NCBI RefSeq assembly: GCF_021869535.1
Contig: NW_026262615.1
Location: 16,368,001-16,432,000, forward strand
DNA: 64,000 bases
DNA from: Mytilus californianus
Lineage: Eukaryota
Direction: 5' to 3'
The stretch's first letter is position 1; each line of letters opens with the position of its first letter. The notes under the pieces are model-generated. The model made no database searches, was not told the DNA's origin, and saw only the letters and a program-made list of their open reading frames with translations. Positions 13,050-24,460 of the stretch are shown here, piece by piece. A program made the position numbers and the translations under genes.

Positions 13050-13770
13050 TATTGCATTCAACAGTGGCCTATTTTTGCTGCTTTCAAAACAACACTACTA
13101 GGCAAATATTCAAAATAACTGCCAGTTTGGTTACATTTACATGATAACAAGGCACACAGTGTCAATATATCATTGAGTTCTGATCTAAATTCAGTGTAAA
13201 TTTCTTTATAATTGAAAATGCTCTCTCACAGTCAGAATTGTTATTTGGCAAAACTAAAATATTAAACGTTTAAATAGCAAGCGTTGAAAGAATGTCATGA
13301 CATATTTTTTGCCGTTAAAAATGTCATCTACATCTGCTATTGTCTGGTCAAAACTGGGTAGTTCATCAGAAGACAGCTGGTACTCTGAGAACTGATTCAA
13401 CAGTTTTGTGATATTCCCTTCCCATATGGCCTGTGGAAATCTGTTGGCTAGATTTGAAACTGAAAATGAAAAATATTTTATAATTTGAATACCATTGAAT
13501 GCTTTATCAAATAGTTACATCCTCTCACACATGTTGTTATGATTGCAAATGATTGATAATGTTTGCAGATGATCCAATATAAATATGAGAGTAACATAGG
13601 GTGCACAATGGCCCTCTGTCACTTTCTTTTGATTCATTTTAACATGGACTCCCAACTTTTTTGGTACGTACACACGTATCGTTTTCGCTTAGCACTCGGC
13701 TCTTGAGACGACAGTACAGGTCCAGAAAGTGACCTCTTTCTGCTGGATATTTCCCCAATGTCAATTTGAG
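13050..13770 (-). pseudogene. hAT transposase remnant (Zn finger joined to dimerisation domain, catalytic core deleted)
   Basis: Hand translation shows both terminal domains, with stops and frameshifts and no DDE core between them. Confidence 0.75.
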
Positions 13771-15189
13771 AGAAAGAAGTAACAAAATCTTAAAACCTAC
13801 TTACAAACTTACCTGAAGTGAAGGGCTTTTGTTGTTCGTCCACATCGTAAATAAACAATGGCGACTCAACAATTACTACAAAATTCTCGGTATTTATCGT
13901 CTATTAATGAAAACCCTGTGAATCGTGATCTCAATAACTACCAAAAAATCAAAACAACGAAAAAGCGTGTAATGGCGTATAAAGTAACGAAAAGCGTGTA
14001 CACACCATGTGACAAAATTCTCGTGTATAAACCGTTGAAAAAGCATGTATTACACGCGAATATCATGCGAGTTGGCAAGTATGACTTTAATGCACTTTCA
14101 TAGTAATGGAGGCAGAGACCTGTACACACATATGTGTACATATGTCTCTGGTGGGGGTTTATATTTTCTAGACTTCAATCTTCTGATAAAAAGTTAGAAA
14201 ATTTATATATTTACCTGGCTCTGCCGACTGGTACATTTTTTATGTCTAATCATATATAAAGAAATATTTACTTACTTCTTATTTTTTTTATTCAAAACAT
14301 TGATAGACACGGACATTAAGAAAAAATCATAATGGACCGAAACAACCAAGTCCGAAGTGGTGTATGGCCAAAACGACATATGACAGAACGGGTTTATGGC
14401 CGTAACATCTCTAAAGCGAGGCAGGTACACTAGTAGCATTTAGTACAAGGCAAGGTGACCACAAAGGCGTTTTTTCTCCTTCTGTATGCTGTTCATATTG
14501 TATTTAATCATGTTAAGATAGTCCATATAATTATGACGTCTTGAAAGGCTACTATATTTTTATGCTTTGATGCCTTACAACGTCGCTGTAAAAGCAAAAA
14601 AATATAGTAGCCTTTCAAGACCTCATAATTATTTGGACTAATGTTAACACTCAAACAAACAAATATTTTATTGCTTATTTTAATCACACCGCCCACAAGG
14701 AGCAGAATAATCAACATTAACTTCGACTCATGATCGACTTCAAAAGATTGTTTTGATTTTAGTTTAATTTATACGTCTTTTATAAAGTTGACCTTTTTTA
14801 GACCAGACTGAAAATTACGGCAGAAAATATCCTCCCCCTTTTTTAAGGTATATCAATGTTTTATTACATGATGGATATTGCTAGTTAATGCATTCATTTG
14901 GAGGCTTTTGCGTCTTTACCATGATGCAGAAATTCGTAGAATCATACTGACTGTATTTTGAGATTTGCACATTCTGCAGCATCTTTTCAGGGGAGACAAT
15001 TCATACAATTTTGACAACCTAAATTGGGTATTACAATTTGGATCATTTCAAGTAATGTGTTTTATCTGGGACTATTATAGTCCCAGGTTTTATGATATAT
15101 ATTAACACTTATATTTCGTTATTTGTGTCGATATACTTCGCCCGATTGCTACATTTAATCACAAGAAGGAGAGATCGATTACGGGGAGG

Positions 15190-15390
15190 CAGGGGCGGGT
15201 CCAGGAATATAGGTTGGTGGGGGGAAGGGGGGATGGGCGCTAACTTAAATGTTCGCCGAGCGTAGCGATGCGAAAATATTTTTGAGGTAAAATTATCGAA
15301 ATATTCTTTATTAAGCTTAGGACAACCATGCTTTGCAAATTTTAGGGGTGCGCACGCCAGCCACACCCCGCCGGCTGAATCCGCCCCTTG
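15190..15390. mobile_element. CAG(G/T)GGCGGATC-type MITE (further copies 34010-34166, ~48341-48510, ~57365-57495)
   Basis: Termini caggggcgggtccagg...gaatccgcccct, GC-rich interior. The 34010-34166 copy (cagaggcggattt...ggatccgccactg) is flanked by catgt on both sides. Confidence 0.55.
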
Positions 15391-15519
15391 GAGGGACTGA
15401 CCGTGAATTTTCGGGTTAGATATACATATGAAAAAGGGGGGATCAGCCGACGAAAGTTTCGATCTTGATAACATTGAATAAGGGAAAAATTAAAAGATAG
15501 TCTGTCTATTCAGGACATC

Positions 15520-15830
15520 AAAGTGCAAAAATTTCTACAGATACATTGGCGAAAAAGTTACATATCAAGGACAACAAAGTAAGCTGCCGTGAAAAATTTC
15601 TCTGACAGATACATTGACAAAAAAGCTACATATTTAAAACAACAAAGTGCAGAAATTTCTGCAGATACATTGGCGAAAAAGATACATATTCAAAACAACA
15701 AAGTGCAAAAATTTCTACAGATACATTGGCGAAAAAGAAAGATATTCATGTCAACAAAATGCAAAATTTTTTTACAGATACATTGGCGAAAAAGATACAT
15801 TTTCAGGACAACAAAGCAAACGTTTCTGCA
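15520..15830. repeat. ~56-bp minisatellite, 5 copies
   Basis: Unit caaagtgcaaaaatttctacagatacattggcgaaaaag...; the anchor cagatacattg recurs at a ~56-bp period. Confidence 0.85.
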
Positions 15831-16302
15831 CTTAATTACGGTCGATCGCCATCACAGGTCTAGGACCTACCTGATAAATTTTGTTAGTTTGTTCTCCGCC
15901 TAAACATACTTGAAATATATGCCACTGTATCTGCATCTGTAACTGTATCGAGATAAATTCTACCAATGTAGGCACACCTCCAATGGAGTTGAATATATAT
16001 AATATCCTTCACCACACAATATAATAATACGCAATGAATGTCTAATCCAATTATGAATACATAGTAATATATCAATAAAAATGACTTCTGTACCGCCACC
16101 ATTATGTACAATTAATATATGATTTGACAATAAAAAGATAAAATTTATATTTAATTTTAATCTGTATGCACCCATATAATAACCAAATTTATTATTGGTT
16201 GATAACCGTCTATTTGATTCGATTACAACTGATGATACCTGTGGAGATTCCCACCCTGATCATCAGCTTAATGTCATATATAGTTTACATTATATTTACT
16301 CC

Positions 16303-19300
16303 TCATGAAAGGTTGTTTTTCTTTTCACATTTTTGTTGTTTGGTTAGCAGTTCATACCGCTTCATATGCAGATTGTTAATAAGCTGTCTACACACACTCT
16401 AGTTGTCCAGTAATATTTTGAACAATTTCATTGTTACGTTTATCCACAGTATAGTAGAAAGGATTAACTATTAGCTGAACTAAGTCTACTTCCTCTACAA
16501 AGCAAGATTTTGGTAAAAGTTCACTCCCCATATCAATTATTATCTTCATCAGTCTTTTCCTGTCGGTTTCAAGTGACTCACATGTTAGTAAAAAATGTGA
16601 CAAGATTTCAGGACTCTTATTACAAAGTTTACATGTTGGACTGACTTTGTTTTTATTGAATGATGCTCGATTCGATTGAAATATATATGTTCCTGTAGCA
16701 ATTTTGGTTCTTGTATGAATCCTTACAATGTCTCTATTGTTGGCTGTTTTTGTAGTGATCAATGGGTGTATTTTCCCAATAGAATATTGACAATTTATAT
16801 ACCGAAGAGTTGAGTTCATCTTTGAGTCATCAAGAATTTTATTGGTCCAGTAGCTTTGCACTTTATTGTTTATAAAGGATTTCCATTTGTTTTTTGTTAG
16901 TGGATTGTCCAGAAAGTTTTCTATATTTTCTATATTATATAACAAACAGAGTTTTTTAATATCAATGAACCAACTGTTACTATTGAAAGATTTTAATTTA
17001 AGCTGCCTTTCCGCTATTCTCCACACATTTGAAGTTTTTTTCTGATCTCGTGATGGTCCAAAATAATGTCAAAATTTTGATATTTAACTCAGCTTCAATA
17101 GGTATCATGCCAGAGAGTATATAAATGGCTGGGTCTGCTGTATTTGTAGATAATGATAGTAGCTGTTTTAATAATTTCTTGTGGTATAGATTAAGAGTTG
17201 TTAGAGATTTTCCTTTTGGGATCAAAATTTCTAGTCCATAAGTAAGAATAGGTAGTACAAAAGTTTTAACTAGTGAGATAATTGTTTCTGGGTCCAAACC
17301 GTTGGTTCCATGAAGACCTGATCCCATTAAACTATATAAAGTGCGTCTTGCTTTTTTGATGTTTTCTTCAACTGTTAACTGGACTGAGTTTTTTTCTGAT
17401 TTATGTATTCCAATGTGTGTTGCTGTTTTAACTACTGGCATTGGCTTATCATCCATATTCCAAAATCCTTCTCCAGTTTCTATTGTTTTTGAGGTTGTTC
17501 TTACTGGCAGTATTACACTTTTAGTAGGTTGTAATAAGTATCCTTCTCTTCGACTGAAGTCAACTGCAATATCAACCATGGACTGTATCTCCAGTGGATT
17601 TGTTGCTATAATAGCGACATCATCAGCGCAGGTAGGTACACAACAGTTTATGTTACCAATTTTTCCGCCGAGTCCTGTTTCACACAAGAGGTTCAATAAA
17701 GGGTTGACATATACTTTATACAAGTCAGCAGATATAGCTCCACCTTGACGTACTCCTTGTTCTACTAAGAAAGGTTCCGAAAGGTGACCATTTCATTTAA
17801 TACATGTAGCAGCATTTTGGTAAAGATTTTGTATCATTAGTAGAGATTGATCAGATATTCCAATTTGGAAGAGTCTTCTAATGAGGTTTGCATGTACTAC
17901 TACATCAAAGGTTGACTTCCCATCAAGCAGTGCTATGTAAGTTGGTCTTTTTAGGTCTTTATTTTCTCTCTCAAACTCCTCTATGATGAGTTCACACATA
18001 CGTGGGGTGGTATCCTCTGTGAATCCACTTTGTAACGGGTTTTGAGATTCGATAATTTTTATATTTTCTCTTAGTTTCAAGATCTTTTCTATTATTTTCG
18101 ATAAGGTTGGAGTGACAGTAATTCCACGGTAGTTAGTAGCATCTTTAATATTGCCTTTGTTTTTAAATATTGGAAATAATGTGCCAATTTTGAGTAGGTC
18201 TGGAACATAACAGTATTTAAATGACATATTTATTAGTTCACGTATATAAGCTTTCAGATCTTCACCACCATATATAATATTTTCTGCTGTGATTCCATAA
18301 ATGTCTGCTGCTTTGTTTTTGTTCAAACTTGATATTGCTTTTTCTACTTCTTCATCAGTCACTTGCATATGAATATATCTATTTTGACAAATATCAGATA
18401 TAACTTTAACTTCTTTTTCAACATTTTCCAAATGTTTATGATCGAACTTTGTATTGACAGACTTTTTAGCTAGTTCTCCAAAATGTATATGCCAGCCGTT
18501 AATAATTTGGTTGTCACTGTTATAGATTTGATTATCAACATTGAGCTAATCTATATGTTTTGACATTTTTCCTCTTTGATTTCTAATCATTCTAAAAAAC
18601 GTTTTGGTATCTGTGACTTTAGAATCAATTAGTTTTTGCCTCTCATTTATTCTTCTAATTGCTATTTCTAAGCGACATTGCTTCCTCAGTTCGTAAGTTG
18701 TTAGCTTCTTTTGTTTCAGGTAGTAGTTGTGTGGATCATTAATGCTTCCGTTACTTTTCAAATTATAGAACGCTATTTTCTTGTTACTGATAGCTTTACG
18801 AATTTCCTCATTCATCACTTGTAATTTTGGCTTCTTTTTTCCTTTTTTTGATTTAGGAGCAATATCTTTTGTAGCTTTAATTATGATGTTATTTAAAGTG
18901 TTGAATCCGCTGTCAAGGTCTTCACGATTTTGTATTTTACATTTTGTTGAGCTAATTTCTGTAGAGATGAGGCGTGCATATTTTCCTGTATCAATTTTGT
19001 CCCATTTTATTCTTGTGTTAAATGTTTTTGCAGATGTTTGAGAGTTTTTAATAATATTGAGCTTTTTCTGAAGATGTAAAACAGACAATAACAGAGGATA
19101 GTGGTCCGAAACATTTGAAGTTACATTTAGTTTCTGTATATCTATTATGTTCTCTGAATATTTATTTTGATAAAGAATAAAGTCAATGGCAGTGGCATCT
19201 TTTCCATTTGAATGTATAAAGGTAAGTCCAGTTTCTTTTGAAGATAGCTCATGGTCTTGCATAAAGTCATTGATATATTTCTTTCTATGAGAGGAAGCAC

Positions 19301-19784
19301 CATTAATTATGTCTTCATTAAAGTCTCCTCCTATAATTATCTGATGAGTATTGGAGTATGTACATACAATCTCATTCAGTTGGTCTATACATTCTAGTAG
19401 CTCTTGTGTACTGTTAGTGGGTCCTTTGCATGGTAGATATAAGAAAACAATGATGATGTTAGGATCTCCTTCTATTTCAATGCATTGAATTCTACTATTT
19501 CCTGCTTTCAAAGTCGAAATTAAGGGGTCTAGTTCTTTTCGCCACAATATTGCCACCCCACCGTATCCTCTCGGCATTTGTATTGGAGGCAGAGGGTCAT
19601 CAGTGTCAACCGGCCTTCCTATTCCTATATATTTAGAGTCAATTTCATTCAACATGTTGAGTTGACAATCAAACAACCAATGTTCCTGAAGTAAATAAAT
19701 ATCTACATCTTCCTTCATCTCTCTGAAGAATGGACCACAAGACTTAGTTAAAATATTTTTACAGTTAAAACTCAAAACTTTCAT
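16303..19784 (-). pseudogene. ORF2: apurinic-like (EEP) endonuclease plus reverse transcriptase, disrupted
   Basis: EEP motifs MKVLSFNCKN, LLQEHW, GYGGVAILW, GGDFNED, SDHYP (18546-19784). RT motifs NYRGITV, LQSGF, ALLDGKSTFDVV, PTCADDVAI (16998-18431). C-terminal CKLC...HFLLTC (16388-17026). In-frame stops at 18546 (TAG) and 17793 (TGA), and frameshifts near 17.0 and 16.4 kb. Confidence 0.92.
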
Positions 19785-19861
19785 ATTCTTCTGCTCACAA
19801 TCATTAAAATCTAAAACGTTATTTGTACAGTTACTATTTACATATGTACGTGGATTGTCAT

Positions 19862-21853
19862 CTAGTGCGGTGTCTGGTTGAGGCTTGGATGGTATAAAAA
19901 ATGATCTGTATAACTTGTAGGTTGGTAGTACAATGGTTGTCCTATTTTTCTATACTGATTATCTATTGTTTGCTGATCGATATGCCTCGAGTGGTATGTA
20001 TTCTGATCATTAGTTCTTAAAAGTTGTGTTGTATTGTTTTGAATAGATATGTGGTTTTGGACCTTTTCTTTGTTTGTCCAATTTGGAACAACTTCTATAA
20101 AGTTATCCTTGCAGATGTTTCGGGTCTCTAGTTTTGTTTGATATGAGTATTGACTAGATATTTCTCTTTTATCATGATTCTGATACTTCCTATCTTCATT
20201 TTCTGATCGGTACCAGTATTGATTGGGTTCACTGAACTGCGCTCCATACATACTGTACTGATTAGTTGCTGGTGGTTCACCATAGTTTTGGTTATAGCTG
20301 CTATCTCTATAGTACAGTTGTTGGTTTGAAGGATACATTTGCTTGTAATCATATGATGTTTGATTTTGTCTATTGAGAGTATCATTGTTGGTATTTTTAT
20401 TTTCATTTTGAAGTTTATTTATTTCATCATCAACTTTACTAAGTACATATTTTGTCACTTTTTCTCGTATACCAATCACAAGGTCATCAGTTGCAGTGCT
20501 AGTCGTATTTTGGTGTTCAGGAGGATGTTGATTTTGCCTCTTCTGAAAAGACTCTATTTTGGTGTACAGAGTTTTAATTGTATTTTCCAGTTCTAAATTT
20601 CGAAATTCTGCTTTATGTAATCTATCTAAGATGTTTGTTTTTTCCTTCATATTTTCATTAATCATGGCTTCTTTCATTTTTAATTGTTCTTCTCTTTTTT
20701 CAACTTTTGTTCTAATTGTTTTAATTCCTTCATATGAATTTTGTGATTTTCATCTTAACTTGTTTTTATCAGCTGTAACAGTATATGTAGAACCATCAGT
20801 GATCAGATGTGAAGTATTCGGAGATTCAGGTTGTGTCTTTTGGCGTATTTCATCACTTTGTGCAGTACCGACAGTAGCTCTAAATTCAGGTTGAATATAT
20901 TTTGTAGTTGTTTCAAGAGAAATGTTAACTGGTCCTGATTCATTAATGTAAGTTGTCTCTATTTCTACAGATTTTGGTATTGTTTCATGTGTTTGTTGTT
21001 GGGTTTTGTCACTGAGGTCTCTCTGTTCAGCTAACCCTATGCACGAGTTTCATTTTTGAGTATCATTATCTAGACAATTGTCATGAAATGGCATGTCACA
21101 TATTAAGCATCTGTTTTCAACACTTTGTTCAAAAATTATTGCAGGCATTACATTGAATTTCTTCTTGTAAAATCATGTCAGCTACTGACAATTCTGGATT
21201 ATTAATAGCACAGTCATTATGTAATATTGCTAACTATACAAAGTTGTTTCTTGTATCAAACTCTTCATTTATGCAAATTTTACACACATAGATATGTACA
21301 CTTTGTTCTATTTCTTCAATTTCGTTTTCAGCTAGTTTGTCACATTTATAATGGACCCAGTTTTAAGTTTTATTGCCAGATTTTGATTTAACATTTCTAT
21401 ATTAATTTTTGCTCCATTTATCTGTGTGTTACTCATAATTTTGTAAATTTCTTGAGCATGTTGATGTATGAATTGATGAGCATCTTTTCCATTTATCAGT
21501 AGTGTACATTTTGTTACATATTAAGCATTGATTGTGAAGCTCAAGTTTGTCGAGTCAGTGATTTGATAGGTATATTGTACCTTTTTTGCCGGTTTTGTCC
21601 TTGGCAGTTGTTTTATTACATGTATCAAAGTATGTTTCACATGCATATATGAATAGTTCAAAGGATACTGTATCCAGTTGAGCAGTGATACCCCCGCCTG
21701 TATATGAATATTCAATCTCAGATCTCTGTGTAGTCTCAAATTTTTTCTTTAAAGATTTTTCGATATTTAACACATATCTGTTCTCATAAGTTTTTCCAAT
21801 ATAAAGCTTGCTGTCACTTTTTGAATGTTTAATGGTTTTTTAACTAAAGCCAT
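19862..21853 (-). pseudogene. ORF1: gag-like protein with PHD-finger remnants, coiled coil and Q/N/Y-rich C-terminus, disrupted
   Basis: Likely ATG at 21853 (caagATGgct). Fragments YTGGGITAQLD, YVTKCTLLINGKD, WVHYKCDKL...YVCKIC (PHD second half) and RCLICDMPFHDNC. Coiled-coil segment in ORF 19862-20677. Confidence 0.7.
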
Positions 21854-21951
21854 CTTGTATAATTATAAAATTTTCTAGTATTGAAATTGTCTATAAGACC
21901 AGCGATACCTGTGAAGATTCCCACCCTGATCGCTAGTACCTATATGTCAAT

Positions 21952-22669
21952 TTACCAACAGTCAAATATTGCCTGTTTTGTGATCTTACGTAGCCACACT
22001 CTTGCTAGGTTCGTGTCTGGATGTATTCCGTCACGGTACAAGTTAAAGTTATACTGATCAGATGCCTTACGTTAATTGTCTGATTTTTTTTGTTTATTTT
22101 ATGATAGATATCTGAGGCGAAATTTGGTGTAATTGATCTAAGTGTCCTGTTGAGGTTGCCAATATGCTCATTGATTTCTGTGTATTGTTTTAGAAGTTTG
22201 ATGTCTTGTTCTATAAATTGCTTTAGCTCTGATGTTGTTTATATTTATTCCAAGCCTATGGTGGGAGTTGTAAGAAGGTGAGTTTACAACCTGGATAGTT
22301 TCTAAAAAGTTCAATAATATGTTGATAGTTATCAGTAAGTGTTTTGATTGTGTCTTGTTCCTCAGACCTTAATGATATGTATTTTCCGTCATAGGATGTA
22401 ATGTCGCACGTCCCTAACCATATATAGAGAGATATATTGTCAAGCTGACCAATCTTGGAGTCTAGATTGCTATGTAACCATTCAAGTCCTTGTGTTGAGG
22501 TACGTCCAGACCTGAACCACCACTTGATTGTGTTTTCTGTGGGGATAGTACAATGTTTGCTGACCCAGTATCCCTTACTGTCAGTAAGAACAACCGGAGG
22601 TAATAGGCGTTGACCAGGAGGTGGTACAATAGGTTCACGCAAAAACTTCAACAATTTATATTCTGTCAT
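21952..22669 (-). pseudogene. SGNH/GDSL-type esterase ORF (one frameshift near 22255)
   Basis: Block I VVLTDSKG, block III YIWLGTCDIT and, after the frameshift, block V YRDGIHP (22018-22032), ending FDCW* (TAA at 21952-21954). Confidence 0.8.
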
Positions 22670-23559
22670 GAGTTGTATTATGCAATCAAAAGTTATTATA
22701 TAGGTTATATTCAAAAGCGTGCAAGAGTATACACATGTACGGGTAAGGCAAAGCTATCTACTGGTTATATAAGCAGGCTGGATATATGTAGAAGGCAGAC
22801 AGTACAGGTTATATACTCAAAGCTCTATTGACTGGTAAAAGTCGGTTATGATTTAAAAAAAATGTCATTCACTTTTGTTGGAAGACAATATATGATATCT
22901 GCAGACTATATATTTACAGTCATGAATTGATAAAAATGTTTTATTCGGTAAAACAATAACACAAGATTTTCACCTCCTGAATAACGTAGAAAGTTCACTG
23001 TAATTTATAAAAATTGGATACTATTAAAACTCTAATTCAGGGAATGATTATTGATGGGTGCATACAGACTATCTAAAAAAAATTAAGAAATGACCGCCAT
23101 GACATGCGGATTATGGATGGGCTCGCAACTGACGGATTGGTTTTAGTGTTTATATATCAAATAAGACGCATAAAAAGTTTATAAAAGTATTCCGCCAGTG
23201 TTAGGTGTAATAAAGGGATGTATTTGCAATGTTCCTGTCACAATATATCTTCTAAAATATCAAATTCAATGAAAATTTTCCTCTCCCAAATTCAATGAAA
23301 ATTTTCTTCTCCCAAATTCAAACCACCACCATTTATTCGAGCATGCGCACATCAAAAAAATGAACGTTAATCAAGCAACAATCTCAGTATCATTCAATCA
23401 AATGCCCAGTTTCAGGATAAATATGTTACAAACTGTCTTGACATATAGATAAGTGTAATCGAAGATCCATTATCTGATGAGTTGAAACATGGTATATACG
23501 TATATAGGCCCTAAAAAATCAGAGACAAGTTCATGTAAGTTCTACTACTAATCAATCAG

Positions 23560-24460
23560 AGCTTTTAACTACTTCCTTAACTACTATCAAAAAACTTATC
23601 ATTAACTTTTGTAATAAAACATATGAAAATAGTGGAATTAAGTATTTATTTAGTGTAAAAAATTCTTTGGATGTTTTAGATAAATTACGCGCTTTTGATG
23701 GTCCTTCTGATTCGGTTGCCGTCAGTTTTGACTTTCCACTCTTTATACTACATTACCACACAATCTTATCAAACAAAAGAGTTGCTTTTTAATCAAATGG
23801 ACGTTTGAAAAATCTGATTGCAAATTGCTTTGCTGCAACTCATATAAAGCCTTTTTCCTGAAAAAAAGGTAAATATGCTAGATATGTACCTACTTGAGGT
23901 AATGAGATGATTAAAGCTGCAAATTTTCTCCTTGACAACATTTATTTACGTTTCGGCAGTAAAGTTTATTGACAGGTTGTAGTTATTCCTATGGAAACCA
24001 ATTGCGCCCCTTTAATAGCTGACTAGTTCCTATACTAACATGAATCACGGTGTATGGCCAAACTGAGTAACGACCCCGGCGTCTAAATTCCATTTAATTG
24101 ATAAATTCAACAACAGTTACCACTATCTTGATGATATTTTTTCGTTAAATAATCAAGAATTCTCTAAATATACTGCCAAAATTTACCCAAAGGAACTTAC
24201 TTTATATATTAATACCTTTACTAAATCATACTAGATACAACGATTTGGTTTGCAAGTTTGGATGTACCTGTAGAAAACATATTTCAAACGGAATAGCACA
24301 TTCTAATGTTTACCGAGCCCGAAAATTTAGTTGATCCGGGTAAACTTATAAATCATTTAAATAAACTTATTCTGAAAGGTTACCAATTCAAAACTGCAAT
24401 TAGATCCTTGAATATGGTTTTTATTGGTATTCATATTGATTATCTTTTCAGTAAATTTAA
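23560..24460 (+). mobile_element. Penelope-like element (Naiad/Chlamys-type) reverse transcriptase relic
   Basis: Degenerate translation NFLLDNIYLRFGSKVY*QVVVIPMETNCAPLIAD*FLY...FNNSYHYLDDIFSLNN...IYPKELTL matches the PLE RT motifs PMGTNCAP..ADLFL / RY.DD. Confidence 0.8.

Larger units (their letters stand above)
11878..14083 (-). mobile_element. Internally deleted hAT (Tip100-like) DNA transposon
   Basis: TIRs catacctgccaac (11878-11890) and gttggcaagtatg (14071-14083). Perfect 8-bp TSD ACTTTAAT (11870-11877, 14084-14091). Minus-strand remnants of an N-terminal TTF/BED-type Zn finger (KRKRYVCTYQKSWE...LCTLCYSH...INHLQS*QH, ~13545-13770) and of the hAT C-terminal dimerisation domain (LPNNNSDCERAFSIIKKIYTEFRSEL...TLCALLSCK, ~13130-13255). 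Confidence 0.9.
11696..14410. mobile_element. Old TIR element with GGCCGAAAC-type subterminal repeats, disrupted by the hAT insertion
   Basis: Left agacgtttcggccat... (11696-11775) and right ...atggccgtaacatct (14330-14410) are imperfect inverted copies with clustered ggccgaaac-like motifs. Confidence 0.4.
16140..22850 (-). mobile_element. Decayed non-LTR retrotransposon (RTEX/CR1-group) with three ORFs: SGNH esterase, PHD-ORF1, APE endonuclease-RT
   Basis: See component ORFs. All are on the minus strand, separated by short (~80-100 nt) spacers. No TSD was identified, so the ends are approximate. Confidence 0.85.

Noticed and set aside
13813-13870. Exon-like segment with a strong donor, considered as the native SLC25A51 first exon
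   Set aside because: It lies inside the hAT boundaries (TIR/TSD-defined), so it is most simply the transposon's own leader exon. Kept only as a possible alternative promoter.
17793-17795. In-frame TGA in ORF2 read as selenocysteine, with the hairpin as a SECIS
   Set aside because: The TGA most plausibly replaced a Trp codon (CIKW). The ORF also has a TAG and frameshifts, and the hairpin lacks the AUGA/GA quartet.
16229-21936. Direct repeats plus esterase suggested a Ngaro/DIRS tyrosine-recombinase element
   Set aside because: The pol ORF is APE endonuclease + non-LTR RT, with no RNase H or tyrosine recombinase. The repeats are only 28-38 nt.
23468-23485. ctgatgagttgaaac as a minimal hammerhead
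   Set aside because: No stem II pairing and no flanking stems I/III are evident.
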